DNA of 62,944 bases from Polyangiaceae bacterium (GTDB taxonomy: Bacteria; Myxococcota_A; Polyangia; Polyangiales; Polyangiaceae). The DNA is taken from assembly GCA_044222475.1 (NCBI GenBank), contig JBGANF010000039.1, forward strand, positions 1 to 62,944. Direction: 5' to 3'. Positions 55,922-62,944 of the stretch are shown piece by piece (positions within the stretch are counted from its first letter, which is position 1; each line of letters starts with the position of its first letter). The position numbers and the translations under genes were made by a program. A model generated the notes under the pieces. The model saw only the letters and a program-made list of their open reading frames with translations, did not search any database and was not told the origin of the DNA.

Positions 55922-57184
55922 ATGCGCCGTCTGATCGTCGCCTTCGTCCTCGCTGCCGGCTGCACGCGGGCCACCTCGTCGAGCGACGGGACGGTGGTTC
56001 TCCCGCCTCCCGGGCCGAGCGCGTCGGCCGCCGTGTCGGGCGCGACCTCCGCGCCGGCGAGGCCACCACCGCCGTCGGCCGACCTCGCGGTCATCGGGGG
56101 CGATCTCGTGGACCTGGTCACCGTCGCGCCGATCCACGCGCTGACGACCGACCTCGTGTTCTCTTCGGCCGTCGGCGAAGACGTCGCGTACACGTGGGTG
56201 AGGAGCGCGTCGGGCAACGAGCTTCGCGCCTACGAGATCAAGAACGGCGTTCTTCGATGGGCCAAGCCGGTCGCGACCTGTTGGACGATCGCGGCGACTC
56301 GGCACGGCGCGATCTGCGGCGAAGACACGGGGGCGCGGTTCTACGCCGCGAGGACGGGCGACGCCAAGGCGGCCGGCGCGGCCAGCGCGGTCGCGTCCGT
56401 CGTGTCGCTCGGCGGTCGCGTGCTCGTGCTTCATCGCACCAACGAGCTCGATGCGTTCGACGACGCGGGCGTGCTGGTCGGGAGCGCGGTCGTTCCGGTG
56501 CCGCCCGACGGCGGCTATCTGCGAAGCGCCCTCGCGCCAGCCGGAGCGTTTGCCTGCGGCACGCGCCGGAGCGACGCGTCGACCGACGCGTTCTGCGTCG
56601 ACGCGACACCTCGCGTCGTGTGGAGGAAGACGCTGCCCGTGCCGGGAGGCATCCTTCGTCAAGCAGACGCGGGCGCCCTCGTGGTCGCGTCGGACACATG
56701 GGCGAAGGTCCTCGCGAGCGAGGTGCTGCGTCCGAGCGACGGAGCGACGCTCCTCCACGTCACGAACGTTCGCCTCGGGGCTGCGCTCACGACTGGCGGC
56801 GCGCTCGACGGTGCCCTCGCGTCCGAGCCCGACGTCGTCCTCTTCGACGCGAAGGGCGTCGTGAAGTGGACGTGGCATCCGACCGGCTTTCGCGACGAGG
56901 CGCTACGCGCCGTGCGCGTCGGGCCGAACCTCGCGCTCGCGCTCTACAACCCGATCGCCACCGGGACCCAGCTCGTGGCGCTCGATGCCGCGACGGGCAC
57001 GCTCGCGTGGACGGCGAACGTCGACCAACTCATGATCTCCCACAGCAAGTACTCGAATCAGGTCGAGCTTCGGACCACCAGCATGGGCTTGCTGCTGCTC
57101 GGTCACGAGTCGATGCAGGACTTCGCGCAGCGTTTCGATCCGGCGACCGGCGTTCGGGCGGCCTCCGTTCTTCGCAAGCGATAG
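55922..57184 (+). CDS. PQQ-like beta-propeller lipoprotein
   Basis: Lipobox AAGC; ALDAATGTLAW-type blades. Confidence 0.7.
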   Translation: MRRLIVAFVLAAGCTRATSSSDGTVVLPPPGPSASAAVSGATSAPARPPPPSADLAVIGGDLVDLVTVAPIHALTTDLVFSSAVGEDVAYTWVRSASGNELRAYEIKNGVLRWAKPVATCWTIAATRHGAICGEDTGARFYAARTGDAKAAGAASAVASVVSLGGRVLVLHRTNELDAFDDAGVLVGSAVVPVPPDGGYLRSALAPAGAFACGTRRSDASTDAFCVDATPRVVWRKTLPVPGGILRQADAGALVVASDTWAKVLASEVLRPSDGATLLHVTNVRLGAALTTGGALDGALASEPDVVLFDAKGVVKWTWHPTGFRDEALRAVRVGPNLALALYNPIATGTQLVALDAATGTLAWTANVDQLMISHSKYSNQVELRTTSMGLLLLGHESMQDFAQRFDPATGVRAASVLRKR

Positions 57185-57190
57185 ACGCGG

Positions 57191-58174
57191 ATGAGAACCG
57201 CCAGGGACGCCAAGAAGGGGAGAGTGGCGTGGGCGCTCGCGTGGGCCGGTACGCTCGCGTGCGCTCAGGGCGCTCCAGAGCCCGTTACGCCCGCGCTCGT
57301 GGCGCCGCCTCCCGCGATCGCGGACGGTCCGGCTCCGGCGGCGCCGCCGTGGTGTGCGTCCCCTTCGGATCCCGCGGACCTCTCGCCGTTCGCGAACGAC
57401 GACGTGCGCTTCGCGATCGAGAGCGCGGCGGGGCGGGTGATGACCGAAGCAGGGGAGGATCCGCGCGTCACGTGCGGCGCGGTCACGAAGATCCGGGCGC
57501 TCTCGATCCCTCGCGTGGCATCTCTCTCGGGGTTCGAGCACCTCACGAGCCTGACTCGGCTCACCGTCGTCGGCGTGGACGATGGCGACCTCGGGCCGCT
57601 CTCGCGTCTGCCGCTCGAGGCCCTCGACGTCGGACTGCCGATCCACCTCCTCGCCAAGGACTCCGCTCCGGAGATCGACGATCTGTCTCCTCTCGCGTCG
57701 GTGACGACGCTGCGTTCGCTTCGCGTCGCGGGTGCTCGCGTCGTGGACGTGAGCCCACTCCACGGGCTCGCGCAGCTGCAGTCGCTGGTCCTTCCATCGA
57801 ATCGCATCGCGGACGTGAGCCCGCTCGCGGCGCTCGGGTCGCTCGTCACCCTCACGCTCGACGACAACTCGATCACCGACATCGCACCGCTCGCCAAGCT
57901 CGCGAGCCTGACCGAGCTCCGACTCACTCGGAACCCGATCGTGGACCTTCCGAACCTCTCCGGTCTTCGAGCGCTCTCGATGCTCGTGCTCGACGGGACG
58001 CGCGTGCTCGACGCGGCGCCGCTGCTCACGCTCCCGTCGCCGGGGCAGGTCGTCCTCTGCGGCGCGCCGGTGATCGAGGACCCGAAGGTCCGCGCGCGCA
58101 ACGCGGCCACGCTCACCGCGCTGCGCCGAAAGAAGGTCTCGGTGCCCGACTTCGTCGGGTGTCACACCGGCTGA
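57191..58174 (+). CDS. Leucine-rich-repeat (internalin-like) lipoprotein
   Basis: Lipobox TLAC; 22-aa LxxLxLxxNxIxDxxPL repeats. Confidence 0.85.
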   Translation: MRTARDAKKGRVAWALAWAGTLACAQGAPEPVTPALVAPPPAIADGPAPAAPPWCASPSDPADLSPFANDDVRFAIESAAGRVMTEAGEDPRVTCGAVTKIRALSIPRVASLSGFEHLTSLTRLTVVGVDDGDLGPLSRLPLEALDVGLPIHLLAKDSAPEIDDLSPLASVTTLRSLRVAGARVVDVSPLHGLAQLQSLVLPSNRIADVSPLAALGSLVTLTLDDNSITDIAPLAKLASLTELRLTRNPIVDLPNLSGLRALSMLVLDGTRVLDAAPLLTLPSPGQVVLCGAPVIEDPKVRARNAATLTALRRKKVSVPDFVGCHTG

Positions 58175-58176
58175 GC

Positions 58177-58311
58177 TAGTGTGGTGAGTCCGCGAACCCT
58201 TCGACAATCTGATACGACGACTCCCCTTGGGAAAGGATGGTGGTGAGTCGCCGCGTAGCGGCGCCGCTCTTGCGGCCGAGAATTTGAAGAATTCTCGGAC
58301 TCGGGACACTA
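58177..58311. mobile_element. 135-bp MITE/REP-like element with imperfect terminal inverted repeats
   Basis: TAGTGT GGT GAGTCCGCGAA ... TTCTCGGACTC GGG ACACTA; lower GC than the flanks; between convergent genes. Confidence 0.6.
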
Positions 58312-59139
58312 CGGCGCCTTGGTCCACTTCACGCTGATAGGAACGCCGACGGTGTAGTGATCGAGCGGCTTCCCGTTGATCTTCATCTCGGACTTCTGAG
58401 CGACGATCTTCAGCGTGACGTCCTTGCCCGACACGGCGGTGACCACGGTGTCCGCGATCACGAGCCAGCTGCCGCCGATCAGCGGGATGGACGGATCGAT
58501 GCGCCGGCTGAGCTCGACGTGATCGCCCACGCCGGGCGTCGCTCCGTCGAGCTGCACCCGGACGGCGCCTGCCGTCGGCTTCGTCATGAGCTTGCCTTTG
58601 ACCTCGCTCGTCACTGGCGGCGGGGGCGCAGCGGGCGGCGGAGCGCGATCGGCCGCGACCTTGGCACGCAGCGTTTCGTCGCGCATGCCGCTCGCTCGCC
58701 ACCCGTCCGCTTCGTGGGTCACTGCGAGGAGGAGTCGCTCGGACTTGTCGTCGGTCGTGACCGTGGCCCAGAAGAAGGAGGCGTCGAATCCGGGCCAATC
58801 GTCGGCCTTCGCCGGTCCATCGAAGTGGACGGCAGTGACGTTCGCGTACTTTCGCGTCTGACCGCGAGCGAAGGCCTCGTCGGAGGACGCGCGGAGTGCG
58901 GCGTCGACGTCGTGCTTCGCCAACGCGTCGAAGAACGCGCGGGCGGCGCTCTCGGCGGAGGTGAGGGGGGCAGGCGCCGCCGGGGTCTTTGCCGTGGGAG
59001 CGGCAGTGGCAGCCGTGTCGGGCGGGTTGGCGTCCAGGATGGGCGAATGGGCGGGCTCTGCGTTGCCACCACACGCGAAGAGAGCGGTGGTGAGGCAAGC
59101 GGCGATGCAGCGAAAGGTGATGTGTCGAAGGTAGGTCAT
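58309..59139 (-). CDS. Hypothetical lipoprotein
   Basis: Lipobox LFAC; Pro/Ala linkers between two small domains. Confidence 0.7.
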   Translation of the reverse strand: MTYLRHITFRCIAACLTTALFACGGNAEPAHSPILDANPPDTAATAAPTAKTPAAPAPLTSAESAARAFFDALAKHDVDAALRASSDEAFARGQTRKYANVTAVHFDGPAKADDWPGFDASFFWATVTTDDKSERLLLAVTHEADGWRASGMRDETLRAKVAADRAPPPAAPPPPVTSEVKGKLMTKPTAGAVRVQLDGATPGVGDHVELSRRIDPSIPLIGGSWLVIADTVVTAVSGKDVTLKIVAQKSEMKINGKPLDHYTVGVPISVKWTKAP

Positions 59140-59195
59140 GACGGATCGTACGCCCCTGGTTGCGACGCCTTCCCGTGGCGTACGTCACGACTGCG

Positions 59196-60164
59196 TCACG
59201 CGGGTTGCACCGTGACCTTGAGTGGGTATCCGGATTCGCGCGCACGCACACGAATCTCCGTCACGAAGGCCACGGCCTCGGCCGTCGGGAATGGGCCGAC
59301 GGCGAACGAGCCCTGAGCGTCGACCTTCGTCGTCACTCGTGCCGCCTCGGCGTGGGGCAGCCCGACGACTTCGTGGAGGACGCGCGTCACGAACTCGAAC
59401 GTCGTCACGTCGTCGTCGTGAAAGACGACGAGAGCGTTCGGAGCATCGACCTCGATCGGCGGTGGCTCACGCACCTCGGGCTCGGTGAATCCGGCGCGCA
59501 AGAGCTCCCGTCGCCACGCGGGTGCCCGCCAGAGCTGGGCGCAGACGCGGACCAGTGAAAGATCTTCGGCGCGTTCGGCGTTCGCCGTGAGGATTGCGTT
59601 GGCGAGGAGACTCTCCGGGGCGATCGGCGAGCTCGAACCGGCCTCGGTATCCGCCCTCGTGCGGGCAGGTGCCGCGGACATCGACTCCGCGAGAGCCCGC
59701 ACCGCATCAGTGAGCGTCAATGGTCGACCATGCGCTTCGGCGGTGCGTCGGGCGAGGTGCGCCCAACCGACGACCTCACTGACGTCGAAGGTCACGGGCG
59801 AACCGCCGAACGCTACGAGAGCCTCGAGGACCTCGGTGGCGTACAGCCCCCGTCCTCGCGCGCTCGCTCGAAGCGCCAGCTGTTGCAGAAACTCGTCGAG
59901 TCCATGGGGAGCCGCGTTCTCGCGGTACGCCGAAGCCTTCAACGGAATTTGACCCAGCGTGCGGTTCAGACGCGCACGCGAGAGATGCAGCGTCACGGCA
60001 TGGAGTTGGACGTCGGCCAACGCGAAGAGGACATCGGCGACACCGCATAGGGATGGTGTGCCGCCAGCTTCCAGCTCAGCCTGCTCGAATGCCGCAGCGG
60101 CCTGCGGGTCGAGGATGGAGCGAAAATTCCTGGGAAGCGAGGGCATCACGGGCATTTCGGACAC
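59196..60164 (-). CDS. Protein with C-terminal ClpS domain and helical N-terminal region (start uncertain: 60146, 60155 or 60164)
   Basis: VVFHDDDVTTFEFVTRVL..AARVTTKVDAQG..ARESGYPLKVTV resembles ClpS. Confidence 0.75.
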   Translation of the reverse strand: MSEMPVMPSLPRNFRSILDPQAAAAFEQAELEAGGTPSLCGVADVLFALADVQLHAVTLHLSRARLNRTLGQIPLKASAYRENAAPHGLDEFLQQLALRASARGRGLYATEVLEALVAFGGSPVTFDVSEVVGWAHLARRTAEAHGRPLTLTDAVRALAESMSAAPARTRADTEAGSSSPIAPESLLANAILTANAERAEDLSLVRVCAQLWRAPAWRRELLRAGFTEPEVREPPPIEVDAPNALVVFHDDDVTTFEFVTRVLHEVVGLPHAEAARVTTKVDAQGSFAVGPFPTAEAVAFVTEIRVRARESGYPLKVTVQPA

Positions 60165-60243
60165 TGGGGCGTCCGGTCCCGAGGAGGATAGCAGCCGCTG
60201 CGCCGGTGGAAGCGGTCGTCCAATCGTGCGAAAGTCGCTGCCA

Positions 60244-62772
<2,529 letters not shown>

Positions 62773-62881
62773 GCGGAACGGCTCTCTCGTTCCCATTCCC
62801 GATTCTTTTCCACATTCCGCCGAATTCGTCTTTTCTCAGCGGGAAGAACTGCGTCCAGCACCGTGTTAAGCTGGGCACCGG

Positions 62882-62944
62882 ATGCTCACCCTCACCGGAC
62901 AGCTGCTCGCCGGGCGTTATCGCGTCGGCGCCCGCCTGGGTGGA
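62882..62944 (+). CDS. Start of a probable Ser/Thr kinase (truncated by the window edge)
   Basis: MLTLTGQLLAGRYRVGARLGG, typical kinase subdomain I lead-in. Confidence 0.6.
   Translation, partial: MLTLTGQLLAGRYRVGARLGG

Overview
GC-rich chromosomal window, most consistent with a Myxococcota/Polyangiales (Labilithrix/Sorangium-like) genome: many Cys-rich lipoproteins with DAG/DGG linkers, a fibro-slime protein, a giant Ser/Thr kinase and a type IVa pilus pil(MN)OPQ operon. It holds about 54 CDSs; I saw no rRNA, tRNA or canonical CRISPR array. Family assignments come from motifs read by eye and from memory; no searches were run. Most notable: (1) two DUF559/Vsr-like endonuclease genes, each with a homologous hairpin of 50-58-bp arms over its translation start, set in REP-like palindromes, with one copy bracketed by 129-bp inverted repeats (candidate nuclease-associated repeat element); (2) a splicease-like radical SAM/SPASM enzyme directly downstream of a Zn-ribbon/lipobox/Thr-Ala-stalk protein ending in ...AMRYG... 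(candidate lipid-anchored ketoamide RiPP); (3) an in-frame PilM-PilN fusion; (4) a P1B-ATPase homolog that has lost its catalytic motifs, next to CopZ; (5) a ClpS-domain fusion with an altered pocket, divergent from an M1 aminopeptidase; (6) a post-pilQ operon with ferritin-like and cytochrome P460-like proteins; (7) an orphan hisH/hisF/N-acetyl-sugar amidotransferase trio.
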